This document shows positions 55,701 through 64,000 of a DNA stretch of 64,000 nt, piece by piece. Within the stretch, counting starts at the first letter, position 1; every line of letters begins with the position of its first letter. The stretch covers positions 69,293-133,292 of IMG/VR virus record IMGVR_UViG_3300022074_000006. One strand, 5' to 3'. Both the position numbers and the translations under genes were made by a program. Below the pieces are notes generated by a model, which was given only the letters and a program-made list of their open reading frames with translations, searched no databases and was not told the DNA's origin. Source of the DNA: a virus.

Positions 55701-58700
55701 CGGAGCAGGTGCTGTTGATCTGGACAGTCAAACGCTTGCCTTTACATCAGGCGAAGGCGTCAACATTACACATGCAGACCAAGCAGTCACTATTAGTGGA
55801 GAGGACGCTACTACCGTTAACAAAGGAATAGCCAGCTTCAGCTCCGATAATTTCGCTGTAAACTCTGGCGCCGTGACTATAAAGGACGGAGGCGTAGCAA
55901 ACGCTGAGCTTGAAAACAGCTCTTTAACAATTGGGACTACTGCCATAAGCTTGGGAGGAACCTCGGCTACGTTGGCAGGTTTGACTTCTGTGACACTTAC
56001 ACAGAATCCGTCATCAAACCTACATGCGGCAACAAAACAGTACGTAGACCAGGTTTCTCAAGGTCTAGACATAAAAGAGTCGGTTCGAGCAGCTTCAACT
56101 GGCAATGTCAACTTAGCAGACCTCGATGCTGGTCAAGTTTTGGACGGCGTTACTTTGGCAGAAGGTGACAGGGTCTTGATAAAGGACCAGACTACCGGTT
56201 CGGAAAACGGTATATACATTATCAATGCTGACGGAGTTGCAGCTTCGAGAGCACCTGATATGGCAGCTTCGTCTGAAGCTGCTGGAGTCTTTCTCTTTGT
56301 TGAGGAAGGAACAGCAAGCGCTGACAATGGGTTTGTTTGCACAACAAACGATTCAGCCGACACAGTAGGAACCCATGCCCTTACGTTCGTTCAGTTTTCA
56401 GGAGCAGGACAAATAACTGCAGGAGCTGCGCTCACCAAAACAGGTAACACAATTGATGTCGCTGTAGACAATGCTACCTTAGAAGTTTCAGGTGATGCTC
56501 TTCGGGTCAAGGATGCCGGAGTCACAAATGCTAAACTTGAAAATAGTGGTATTACTTTTGCAAGAGTCGGAGGAAATTCAACAGTTGCGAACTTAGGAGG
56601 AACTGTTTCGTTTCAGGGATCAGCAGGTGAAGTCACTGTAGGGGAAAACGCCGGGGTGTTTACGATTGGCTTACCTTCTAGCGTAGCAATCGCAACAGGT
56701 CTCACAGTTGGCGGAGCAGAAGCAACGACCAATACAGCATCTCAAACCTTGACAAATAAAACTCTGACATCCTCAGTTTTGAACGGTACGATTAGTGGAA
56801 CCTCGATCAAAGACGAAGACGACATGGTGTCTGACAGTGATCAGCATCTTGCTACACAGCAGTCAATCAAAGCTTATGTAGACTCACAGGTGACAGCTCA
56901 AGATCTAGACTTCCAGGGGGATGCTGGAGGAGCCTTGAGCATAGATTTAGATTCTGAGACTTTGACCATTGCGGGCGGAACAGGAATAGGAACGTCAGGC
57001 ACAGCAAATACCCTCACAATCAATATCGATGACACTGTAGCTACGCTTACAGGAACTCAGACACTCACTAACAAAACTCTGACAACTCCTGTTATTGACG
57101 GCACTATAAGTGGCACTGCCATCAAAGACGAAGATGATATGGCGTCAGACAGCGCGACACATCTTGCCACACAGCAGTCAATCAAAGCCTACGTCGACAA
57201 TCAGATCACTGCACAAGATTTAGACTTCAGTACAGATTCAGGAGCTGGCGCAGTTGATCTGGACAGCCAGACTCTGGCATTCACGTCTGGTGAAGGTATT
57301 GATATCACTCACGCAGATCAAGCAATCACAATCGCAGCAGAAGATGCTACGACTGCTAATAAGGGTGTAGCTAGTTTTAGTTCTGATAATTTCGCCGTTA
57401 ATTCTGGCGCAGTAACAATTAAAGATGGTGGTGTTGCAAACGCAGAATTAGAAAATAGTTCAATAACCTTAGCACAAGGCGCAGGCATGGCTGCGCTAGG
57501 TGCTGTTTCTCTAGGTGGAACTATAACAGTTGCAGTGGACGGGGTCCTTGAAGATCTAGACACTCTAGGCGCTCCCGGTGTGGGTTCTGATGGGCAGATT
57601 ATAGTTGCCACCGGTCCGGGTGAGTTTGCATACGAATCAGGTGCGACTGCTCGAGCTACCCTAGGATTGACTATTGGGACAGATGTGCAGGCTCAAGATC
57701 CAGAGCTTTCAGCTATAGCAGGTCTAACAAGCGCTGCAAACAAGATTCCAATGTTTAGCGGATCAGGCACTGCGGTCGTAATAGACTTAAAAGACGAAGA
57801 TGACATGGTTAGCGACAGTGACTCTGCAGTGCCAACTCAGCAGTCAGTCAAAGCCTATGTGGACGGTCAAATTACAGCACAAGATCTAGATTTCAGCACA
57901 ACTTCAGGCGCAGGATCTATTGATATAGATAGTCAAGTTATGGCGTTTTCTGAGGGCGAAGGCATTGATATCACACATGCAGGACAGACCATCACAATCG
58001 CAGCAGAAGATTCTACGACTACTAACAAAGGTGTAGCTAGTTTTAGTGCAGACAACTTTTCAGTGTCTTCTGGCGCAGTAACAATAAAAGATGGAGGCGT
58101 TGCTAACGTCGAACTTGAAAATAGCTCTTTGACAATTGGCGGAACTTCTGTAAGTCTAGGCGGAACAACTTCTACATTGGCAGGTTTGGATTCTGTGACA
58201 CTGAATGGTCCTCCATCTAATACCAATCATGCCGCTACAAAAGGTTACGTAGACAGTATTTCTCAAGGCTTAGACGTTAAGCAGTCAGTGAGAGCAGCGT
58301 CAACTGCTAACGTTGATTTAGCTGTGTTAGATGCGGGTCAGGCTCTAGACGGTGTGACACTCGCAGAAGGTGACAGGGTTCTGATAAAGGACCAGACCAC
58401 ATCTTCTCAAAACGGAATATACGTGATTGGAGCAGACGGAGTCGCAGCTTCAAGAGCCGCAGATATGTCAGCATCTTCGGAGGCGGCAGGCGTATTTACT
58501 TTTGTCGAAGAAGGAACTACAAATGCAGATAACGGCTATTTGTGCACCACTGATGACGCAACAGACACAGTAGGGACTCACAACCTGACGTTTGTTCAGT
58601 TTTCAGGCGCAGGACAGATAACAGCAGGCGATGCACTTTCTAAGACAGGAAACACACTAGATGTCGAAGTCGATAATTCTACTATAGTCGTCGTCGCTGA

Positions 58701-61700
58701 TGCACTGCAAGTTAAAAATTCCGGAATAACTCTTTCTAAGCTTGCTAATCTTGACAACTTAAAAGTCATAGGAAATGTTTCTGGCGGTTCTGCTACTCCT
58801 GCTGCTGTTTCGATTCTTGACGAAGATGGAATGGCTTCTAATAGCGATACAGCTTTGGCTACACAACAGTCTATCAAAGCTTACGTTGACGCTCAGATCA
58901 CTGCTCAGGATTTGGACTTTAGTACAGACTCAGGTGCTGGGGCTGTTGATTTAGATAGTCAAACCCTGGCATTTACGTCAGGTGAAGGCATCGATATCAC
59001 CCACGCAGATCAAGCAGTAACTATCTCTGCAGAAGATGCTACGGCTACCAACAAGGGAGTGGCTAGTTTTAGCGGCGACAATTTTGCTGTAAGTTCTGGT
59101 GCCGTAACAATCAAGGATGGCGGCGTAGCCAATGCTGAGCTTGAAAACAGCTCTGTGACACTCGTTCAAGGGGCTGGAATGGCAGCCCTCGGTGAGGTAT
59201 CTTTGGGCGGAAACGTAACAGTTGCTGTTGATGGTGTCCTTGAGGATCTGGACACACTGGGTCCTGCTACCGCTGATGGTGAATTTATTGTTGCAACAGG
59301 CGAGGGAGCATTCGCATACGAATCAGGTGCTACGGCAAGAGCTAGTCTAGGGCTGACGATAGGGACAGATGTTCAGGCATTTGATGCAGAGCTTGCAGCA
59401 ATAGCAGGTCTAACGAGTGCAGCAAACAAGGTTCCGATGTTTAGTGGGTCGGGTACAGCAACCCTGATTGACTTCAAAGATGAAGATGACATGGTTAGCG
59501 ACAGTGCGACAGCAGTAGCTTCTCAACAGTCAGTCAAAGCTTACATCGACGCTCAGATTACTGCTCAAGATCTAGACTTCCAGGGTGACGCTGGAGGAGC
59601 ACTTAGCATAGACTTGGATTCTGAGGCTTTGACCATTGCAGGCGGAGCAGGAATAGATACAAGCGGGGCAGAAAACACTCTTACAGTTGCTATAGACTCA
59701 ACAGTCACTACCCTGACAGGAGCTCAAACGCTGACGAATAAAACCTTGACAGCACCAGTTTTAAACAGTACTGTCAGCGGCACTGCAGTCAAAGATGAAG
59801 ACGACATGGCATCTGACAGTGATCAGCATCTTGCTACTCAACAGTCAATTAAAGCTTATGTTGATAATCAGATCACTGCTCAAGACCTGGATTTTCAAGG
59901 CGATGCCGGGGGTGCTCTAAGCATAGATTTAGATTCTGAAACCCTGACTCTTGCGGGTGGAGCAGGAGTGACAACAACAGGGGCAGACAATACACTGACG
60001 ATAGCAACGGATGTTGCTCAAGGCCATGTAACTTCTGTCGGAACCTTGACTTCATTGACAGTTTCCGGAGATGTAAATGTTGCTGAGTATATTAAACATG
60101 TTGATGATGATGACACATTTATACAGTTTGCTGATGATGCTATTGGGATTACAGTAGGCGGTGAGCAGCTTATCACCATAGCAGAGTCCGGACAGGATAT
60201 CGTAAAGATTGGTGACGGTGGAGATGTTGATTTTCAGGTTCGAACGCTTGCTAACGACAATACGCTTTACGTCGAGGGAAGCTCAGATAGTGTCGGTTTT
60301 GGTACATCTTCTCCCGGCACACAGGTTCAAATAGAAGGATCAGCACCTTATTTGACACTTAAGAATTCAACTGCAGAAAACACAGATGGTGGGGCTGAAA
60401 CAAAAATAATATTTGAAGATCATAGCGACACAGCTTTGGCACAAATTCAAGCTTCTCACGACGGCACTGCAGATGACACCAAAGGTGACTTGATATTCTC
60501 AACACACGATGGCACATCGTTAAACGAGGCACTTAGGATTGATTCTGGTGGGCACTTAACTTTCCAGAAAGGGTATATCACTTCTCCGTCTGTGTTAGTC
60601 AATGGAACGAGCAATCCTTTCGTAGGCTTAAATTGGGTTAAATTCGCACGTCAAGCCACTGATTTCTCTTCAGGCCAAACATCACAAGGGATATTCTTGC
60701 TAACGTTTGTTGGTCGAGAAGGTGTTGATGAAAGAGCAACAAGATCTAGCTATGTAGTAACTGTCAAGTTCACACCTTCCGCAAACAGCCCATTTTACTT
60801 GTCGTCCGGGACTTACTTGACGGTTGATCCTCTCGATGCAAGTGACCTAGACGGATTTGATCCAACAGCTGACATTGCTATCACACATGAAAGTGACAAT
60901 ACTCCGGTTTATGAAGTTTGGGTCAGAAGTCGTGAGACACACAAACATCTTTACTGCACGTATCTTGGTGGCACAAATAACGTAGACAATGCCAACTATA
61001 CTAATTTGGCACCAATCATTCAGACGGGCCAAGTCCCCGCAAACTCTATCACAAGCTTGGGCAACATAATCTATGGTTCTTTTGCAACAAAGACTTACGA
61101 CAAGGTCGCCATCGGGACAACTGATCAAACTGAAGCCTTAACCGTTGCAGGTAACGCTCTGTTTGACGAATACATTTATCACAATGGTGACACTGATACA
61201 TTTGTCAGATTTCAAGATGATTCAATTACCCTAACAGCAGGAAGCAAGGCTGGGTTGATCATCGAAGAGTCGGCCACTGACACTGTGTCCATAGGCGGTA
61301 ATACCGAGTCTAGCAAGTACGATTTAGTGACGGTCATGTTGGATCCCGGTCTTATATCGCCAGACGAATCAAACTTTTCAGATGTTAGCTTCTTCGTGTC
61401 AGGATCAGTTGGATCAGCACACCAGCCATCGGGCATCGGAGGGACAGGGACCGGAGTACAGACAACAAACGGACATAGAGGTTCTGCTCTTTTCGGAGGA
61501 GACGTGGTAATTTCTGGTTCTGTTTTTGTATCACAGGATTCTGTTTTCGTCGGCGGCGGAAAGCTAAGCGTCAAAGAAGGTCAATTTTCTCTCTTGCCTG
61601 CTAGCACATCTGGGTCGATTGGAACAGACTCAAACTTTTTTGTCTCAGGTTCAGTTGGAGCAATAGATTCAGGAAGTCCTGGGGCAGCTCTTTTCTCTGG

Positions 61701-62244
61701 AGACTTAGTAGCATCAGGAACCACTAAGGCTCTTGCAGGGATATCTGGCTCGCTTACACGGCTTGCAGACGGCACTTCTTTTCTAGCTGCTGGAGGCAAT
61801 GTTACGATCACGACAGGATCTTCGGGTCAAGTTACAATTGCTGCTACCAGCACGGTAGACTCAGGATTTAAGACGATAGCAGTTTCGGGTCAAGATAATG
61901 TTGTTGCTGATACTGTTGGTGACATTCTCACTTTAGTTGCAGGAAACAACATATCGATATCTACAGATGCTAGTTCTGATTCAATCACAATAGCCTCAAC
62001 TGTGCAGAGAACTAAAACAGTTTATGCAGTTTCAGCATCGCATGAAACAGGTACACCGCTAGTAGTGACATCAGCTCAAATTTCTTCAAGTGAATATAAG
62101 CCTGAAAGGTCTGATATTTTTGTAAATGGCCAACTTATGGCATCAGGATCTGTTAGAGATTATACTCTCGCTGGAGACAATACGGGCATTAATTTTAATT
62201 TTGATCTTGAGGTTGATGACATCGTAACTGTTTTAGTAACTTAG
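52765..62244 (+). CDS. Giant (3159 aa) modular tail-fibre-like virion protein
   Basis: 3x ATKxYVD..QGL..K.SVRAAST, 8x DED..(S/N)S.....QQS.KAY.D.Q.TAQDLDF, and AVTxAKIAD-type short repeats. Confidence 0.8.
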   Translation: MAGKSNRSATFFAQKKLLGKSHTSNLKTDGEELIGSNIQSSTSLLFGQDIPNNPARNLYQLQGTPATVEYVQFTLVAIGGTTYDADQSDGGGGSDAGEGSQSSGPHAYKFVMDSNYTGQSSNPKEGNGVFDNSKVVHETLGALQIVPGFYSQAAPNPYIVKIYRDNGSGGVGQEIPLLDNIDWNVDTYNGILFVQDYDASKIPAHARAFIYVGDMAKDVAGANFTAGDGLDLTGTEFSLDLKANGGLKIDGGELTVEPTDFAGTGLEDDGDTLRIAAAAAGDGLGGGAGSALSVNVDDATVEINADTVRVKDLGIVTAKLADNAVTTAKITDANVTNAKLQNSAVTIGATSVSLGGTANALTGLGSITLTTGPTNDLHVATKQYVDQTAQGLSVKGSVRAASTGNVNIADLDAGQALDGVALAQGDRVLLKNQTTASENGIYIINADGNPATRAPDMAASSEAAGIFTFVEEGSTHADSGFICTTDDATDTVGTHNLTFVQFSGAGQIDAGAALTKTGNQLNVAVDDSTIEVSGDALRIKASGVTSNEIATNAVGSDELADNAVDTAAITDLNVTTGKIADNAVTAAKLADDAVDTASIVDANVTLAKIQNVSANSLLVRDANSAGVLTELALANTQIMVGDGAGMSAVSLSGDVTMTNTGEVTIAAGAVESGMIAADAIDGSKIADDAIGAEHISASAVGSSEIAENAVNTSEIADNAVTADQIAANAVTTAKILDDNVTFSKIQDIAANSMLVRDANTAGAVSELTVGDTQIAIGDGNGFTAASLSGDVTMTNAAVVTVANSAITTAKMANLADMKVLGNVSGGAAAPSAVSILDEDNLASDSDTALATQQSVKAYVDAQVTAQDLDFQGDAGGALSIDLDSETLTIAGGSGIDTTGADNTLTVSIDSTVVTLTGTQTLTNKTLTTPVIDGTISGTAIKDEDDMTSNSAAHLATQQSIKAYVDAQITAQDLDFSTDSGAGAVDLDSQTLAFTSGEGVNITHADQAVTISGEDATTVNKGIASFSSDNFAVNSGAVTIKDGGVANAELENSSLTIGTTAISLGGTSATLAGLTSVTLTQNPSSNLHAATKQYVDQVSQGLDIKESVRAASTGNVNLADLDAGQVLDGVTLAEGDRVLIKDQTTGSENGIYIINADGVAASRAPDMAASSEAAGVFLFVEEGTASADNGFVCTTNDSADTVGTHALTFVQFSGAGQITAGAALTKTGNTIDVAVDNATLEVSGDALRVKDAGVTNAKLENSGITFARVGGNSTVANLGGTVSFQGSAGEVTVGENAGVFTIGLPSSVAIATGLTVGGAEATTNTASQTLTNKTLTSSVLNGTISGTSIKDEDDMVSDSDQHLATQQSIKAYVDSQVTAQDLDFQGDAGGALSIDLDSETLTIAGGTGIGTSGTANTLTINIDDTVATLTGTQTLTNKTLTTPVIDGTISGTAIKDEDDMASDSATHLATQQSIKAYVDNQITAQDLDFSTDSGAGAVDLDSQTLAFTSGEGIDITHADQAITIAAEDATTANKGVASFSSDNFAVNSGAVTIKDGGVANAELENSSITLAQGAGMAALGAVSLGGTITVAVDGVLEDLDTLGAPGVGSDGQIIVATGPGEFAYESGATARATLGLTIGTDVQAQDPELSAIAGLTSAANKIPMFSGSGTAVVIDLKDEDDMVSDSDSAVPTQQSVKAYVDGQITAQDLDFSTTSGAGSIDIDSQVMAFSEGEGIDITHAGQTITIAAEDSTTTNKGVASFSADNFSVSSGAVTIKDGGVANVELENSSLTIGGTSVSLGGTTSTLAGLDSVTLNGPPSNTNHAATKGYVDSISQGLDVKQSVRAASTANVDLAVLDAGQALDGVTLAEGDRVLIKDQTTSSQNGIYVIGADGVAASRAADMSASSEAAGVFTFVEEGTTNADNGYLCTTDDATDTVGTHNLTFVQFSGAGQITAGDALSKTGNTLDVEVDNSTIVVVADALQVKNSGITLSKLANLDNLKVIGNVSGGSATPAAVSILDEDGMASNSDTALATQQSIKAYVDAQITAQDLDFSTDSGAGAVDLDSQTLAFTSGEGIDITHADQAVTISAEDATATNKGVASFSGDNFAVSSGAVTIKDGGVANAELENSSVTLVQGAGMAALGEVSLGGNVTVAVDGVLEDLDTLGPATADGEFIVATGEGAFAYESGATARASLGLTIGTDVQAFDAELAAIAGLTSAANKVPMFSGSGTATLIDFKDEDDMVSDSATAVASQQSVKAYIDAQITAQDLDFQGDAGGALSIDLDSEALTIAGGAGIDTSGAENTLTVAIDSTVTTLTGAQTLTNKTLTAPVLNSTVSGTAVKDEDDMASDSDQHLATQQSIKAYVDNQITAQDLDFQGDAGGALSIDLDSETLTLAGGAGVTTTGADNTLTIATDVAQGHVTSVGTLTSLTVSGDVNVAEYIKHVDDDDTFIQFADDAIGITVGGEQLITIAESGQDIVKIGDGGDVDFQVRTLANDNTLYVEGSSDSVGFGTSSPGTQVQIEGSAPYLTLKNSTAENTDGGAETKIIFEDHSDTALAQIQASHDGTADDTKGDLIFSTHDGTSLNEALRIDSGGHLTFQKGYITSPSVLVNGTSNPFVGLNWVKFARQATDFSSGQTSQGIFLLTFVGREGVDERATRSSYVVTVKFTPSANSPFYLSSGTYLTVDPLDASDLDGFDPTADIAITHESDNTPVYEVWVRSRETHKHLYCTYLGGTNNVDNANYTNLAPIIQTGQVPANSITSLGNIIYGSFATKTYDKVAIGTTDQTEALTVAGNALFDEYIYHNGDTDTFVRFQDDSITLTAGSKAGLIIEESATDTVSIGGNTESSKYDLVTVMLDPGLISPDESNFSDVSFFVSGSVGSAHQPSGIGGTGTGVQTTNGHRGSALFGGDVVISGSVFVSQDSVFVGGGKLSVKEGQFSLLPASTSGSIGTDSNFFVSGSVGAIDSGSPGAALFSGDLVASGTTKALAGISGSLTRLADGTSFLAAGGNVTITTGSSGQVTIAATSTVDSGFKTIAVSGQDNVVADTVGDILTLVAGNNISISTDASSDSITIASTVQRTKTVYAVSASHETGTPLVVTSAQISSSEYKPERSDIFVNGQLMASGSVRDYTLAGDNTGINFNFDLEVDDIVTVLVT
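55510..57141 (+). repeat. Near-identical 93-nt direct repeat (55510-55602 and 57049-57141)
   Basis: 91/93 identical by eye; the first 62 nt are identical. Confidence 0.85.
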
Positions 62245-62293
62245 TCAAAATCACGAATTTGTAAGGATACTTAGATTTAGAAAATGATTTTTC

Positions 62294-62533
62294 GTGAAAT
62301 TGGAGACAGTTGAGAGAATGAAGACCTACAAGACTTCAGATTTAGGCATAGCGGCTTACCTTATGACTAAAGGGTTAAAGCTTGTGTCTGCTTCTAAGGA
62401 GCAGACTGGTAGATTTAGATTTGTATTTGATGATCCAGATACTCTGGCTCATGACTACGCGATAGAGTTTGTAGGATCGTGTTGTTGTGCTTTCGACGGA
62501 CACGTTAAAAATCTCAAAAAGCTAATTAATTGA
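62294..62533 (+). CDS. Small DUF5659-like protein (alternative start ATG 62318)
   Basis: YKTSDLGIAAYLMTKGLKL...RFRFVF resembles DUF5659 as I recall it; ATACTTA at 62267-62273. Confidence 0.55.
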   Translation: MKLETVERMKTYKTSDLGIAAYLMTKGLKLVSASKEQTGRFRFVFDDPDTLAHDYAIEFVGSCCCAFDGHVKNLKKLIN

Positions 62534-62561
62534 CATTCTTTTGAGTCAAACTATATAGTTA
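62530..62561 (+). promoter_or_regulatory. Composite promoter: TTGACA-18-TATAGT overlapping ATAGTTA, with a TTGAC-N10-GTCAA inverted repeat
   Basis: TTGACA 62530-62535, GTCAA 62545-62549, TATAGT 62554-62559, ATAGTTA 62555-62561. Confidence 0.5.
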
Positions 62562-62722
62562 TAAACGTTCGTTTTATTTCATTTCATGACATGTATGCGC
62601 TCTTCTGCGCGAAGTTTCTGTAAAGTTAGTACTTTTTTCGTCTTAAAATAAACCGTGTGTACAGTAGTGCACATTGACTGCTTAGGCAGTGAGAGAGATA
62701 TTATATTTAGGAGAAATTTGAT

Positions 62723-64000
62723 ATGGCATCATATTCACAAATTAGATTAGCCCAGCTTTCAGGTTCTTTCGGATCTAGCGCTGGACAAATGACAGATCAG
62801 CTTGCACCACTTGCAAAGGCCGCACATTCAGGGTCTCAGATGGGTGCATCACTATCTGATCACTTAAGTCACGTTGTTTCTGCTATCAAGAGAATTCACG
62901 GTGACGGAGAATTTTCAACAGCAGCGGCAGGTGAATTTTCACACTCTATTACTCCGGATTCTGCTGACGGTGCTGCTCTTGGTAGTGCTGCAAAGGAATG
63001 GTCGGATCTTTTCTTGGCGGACGGAGGTGTCATTAACCTCGGTAACGAACAAGACGTAACGTTGACACACGTTGCAGACACAGGTGTTTTGTTGAACAGC
63101 ACAAGACAAATTCAGTTCGGAAGCTCTGCAGCTTACATCAGACATGATGGAACCGACCTCGAGCTCGTCGACGATGCTGACATTAACATTAAGCCAGCAG
63201 TTGACTTTTTGGTTGATGCCGGCGGCGATGTTATTCTAGACGCAGCAGGCGATGACGTCTTGCTTCGTACTGACGGTAACTTGATGCTCGGCTTCACTAG
63301 CGGTGCAGATTCTGTCATCGTTAAACCAGGTGCTTCACACGAAGACGTGATCTTCCAGGAAGATGGCGGCAACGAAGTTTTTCGTATGGACTCTTCGGCT
63401 GAGTCACTTCTCATGGCGACCAACAAGAGAATTCAGTTCTCAACATCTGACGAAGCTATCTACGGTGATGGAACAGACCTTCACTTTGAGGTAGGCTCCG
63501 GTGGTGACATCAACGTTCCAGCTAATATCGGTCTTACTTTCGGCAACGATGGTGAGAAGATTGAGGGCGACGGAACTGACCTCACAGTTACCGGTAATAA
63601 CATTAAGTTGACCGCAACTGCAGACGTTATCCTTCCAGCAAATGTTGGTCTTGTTCTTGACGGTTCAGGTTCTGAAAAGATCGAATCAGACGGTACTGAC
63701 ATCAACTTCTCAGTTGGGTCTGATGGTGACATCAACATCCCACAAGATATCGGTCTTACTTTCGGCGACGACGGTGAGAAGATTGAAGGTGACGGCACAA
63801 ACTTGAGCATTGCTTCAAGTGGTGAGCTTGATTTGACAGCAGGCGCAAACCTTGATGTCAATGTTACAGGTACAGCTGCTGTTGATGCAACAGGGCAAGT
63901 TAGCCTAGACACATCTGATACATCAAATGGTATCAAGGTTGGTGTAACTTCTGGTGTTCCTGTCGTTCTTGGTCACTCTACCTCAGAGGTTACAGTTAGT
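62723..64000 (+). CDS. Large beta-rich virion/fibre protein, 3'-truncated by the window
   Basis: Hand translation: MASYSQIRLAQLSGS..., open to the window end, AGGAG RBS; repeats of IGLTFGxDGEKIEGDGTxL. Not in the ORF track. Confidence 0.85.
   Translation, partial: MASYSQIRLAQLSGSFGSSAGQMTDQLAPLAKAAHSGSQMGASLSDHLSHVVSAIKRIHGDGEFSTAAAGEFSHSITPDSADGAALGSAAKEWSDLFLADGGVINLGNEQDVTLTHVADTGVLLNSTRQIQFGSSAAYIRHDGTDLELVDDADINIKPAVDFLVDAGGDVILDAAGDDVLLRTDGNLMLGFTSGADSVIVKPGASHEDVIFQEDGGNEVFRMDSSAESLLMATNKRIQFSTSDEAIYGDGTDLHFEVGSGGDINVPANIGLTFGNDGEKIEGDGTDLTVTGNNIKLTATADVILPANVGLVLDGSGSEKIESDGTDINFSVGSDGDINIPQDIGLTFGDDGEKIEGDGTNLSIASSGELDLTAGANLDVNVTGTAAVDATGQVSLDTSDTSNGIKVGVTSGVPVVLGHSTSEVTVS

Noticed and set aside
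55510-57141. Diversity-generating retroelement template/variable repeat pair
   Set aside because: The two mismatches are C/T and G/C rather than adenine-specific, both copies are in frame inside one gene, and no reverse transcriptase is in the window.
52765-62244. CRISPR-like array
   Set aside because: The repeats are in-frame protein modules with irregular spacing and synonymous divergence, not repeat-spacer units.
308-63936. Many minus-strand and nested ORFs in the track (e.g. 3947-4318, 29725-30018, 53394-53909, 63481-63936)
   Set aside because: They lie antisense to or inside well-supported + strand genes, lack RBSs and motifs, and look like shadows of biased codon usage.
1-64000. Stop-codon reassignment, as seen in some large phages
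   Set aside because: Conserved genes are full length under the standard code, and TAG (753, 17944, 38681, 62244), TGA (14439, 26391, 43317) and TAA all end genes next to the following start.
1-64000. tRNA, rRNA, integrase or transposase genes
   Set aside because: The intergenic gaps are short and none shows a cloverleaf or T-loop consensus by eye; no recombinase or transposase motifs in any ORF.

Overview
The whole window is the core of a large, lytic, T4-like contractile-tailed phage (Caudoviricetes). It is tightly packed and every credible gene is on the + strand. Order: end of a Rad50/SbcC (gp46-like) ATPase; terminase; portal; prohead protease; small head proteins; scaffold; major capsid; ParB-like protein; PAS-domain protein plus membrane-anchored coiled coil; neck and tail-completion genes; two tandem tail sheaths; tube; tail chaperone; tape measure; baseplate genes; a replication block (short family-A polymerase, degenerate HD protein, SSB, UvsX/RecA, 5'-3' exonuclease, DnaB-like helicase, class II RNR, ClpP); then giant repetitive virion/fibre genes running off the end. 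I saw no tRNA, CRISPR array, integrase or transposase. Best leads: (1) a candidate programmed +1/-2 frameshift at a 7-T run in the tail chaperone gene; (2) a stand-alone PAS/PAC sensor coupled to a holin-like membrane protein; (3) an exonuclease-less PolA with Ile at the 762-equivalent position; (4) a recurring ATANTTA late-promoter motif that alternates with sigma70-type promoters (two apparently leaderless) in the replication block; (5) a shared C-terminal RWxx[IL]AGL motif in head proteins. All family assignments come from motif recognition and synteny by eye; no database search was run.
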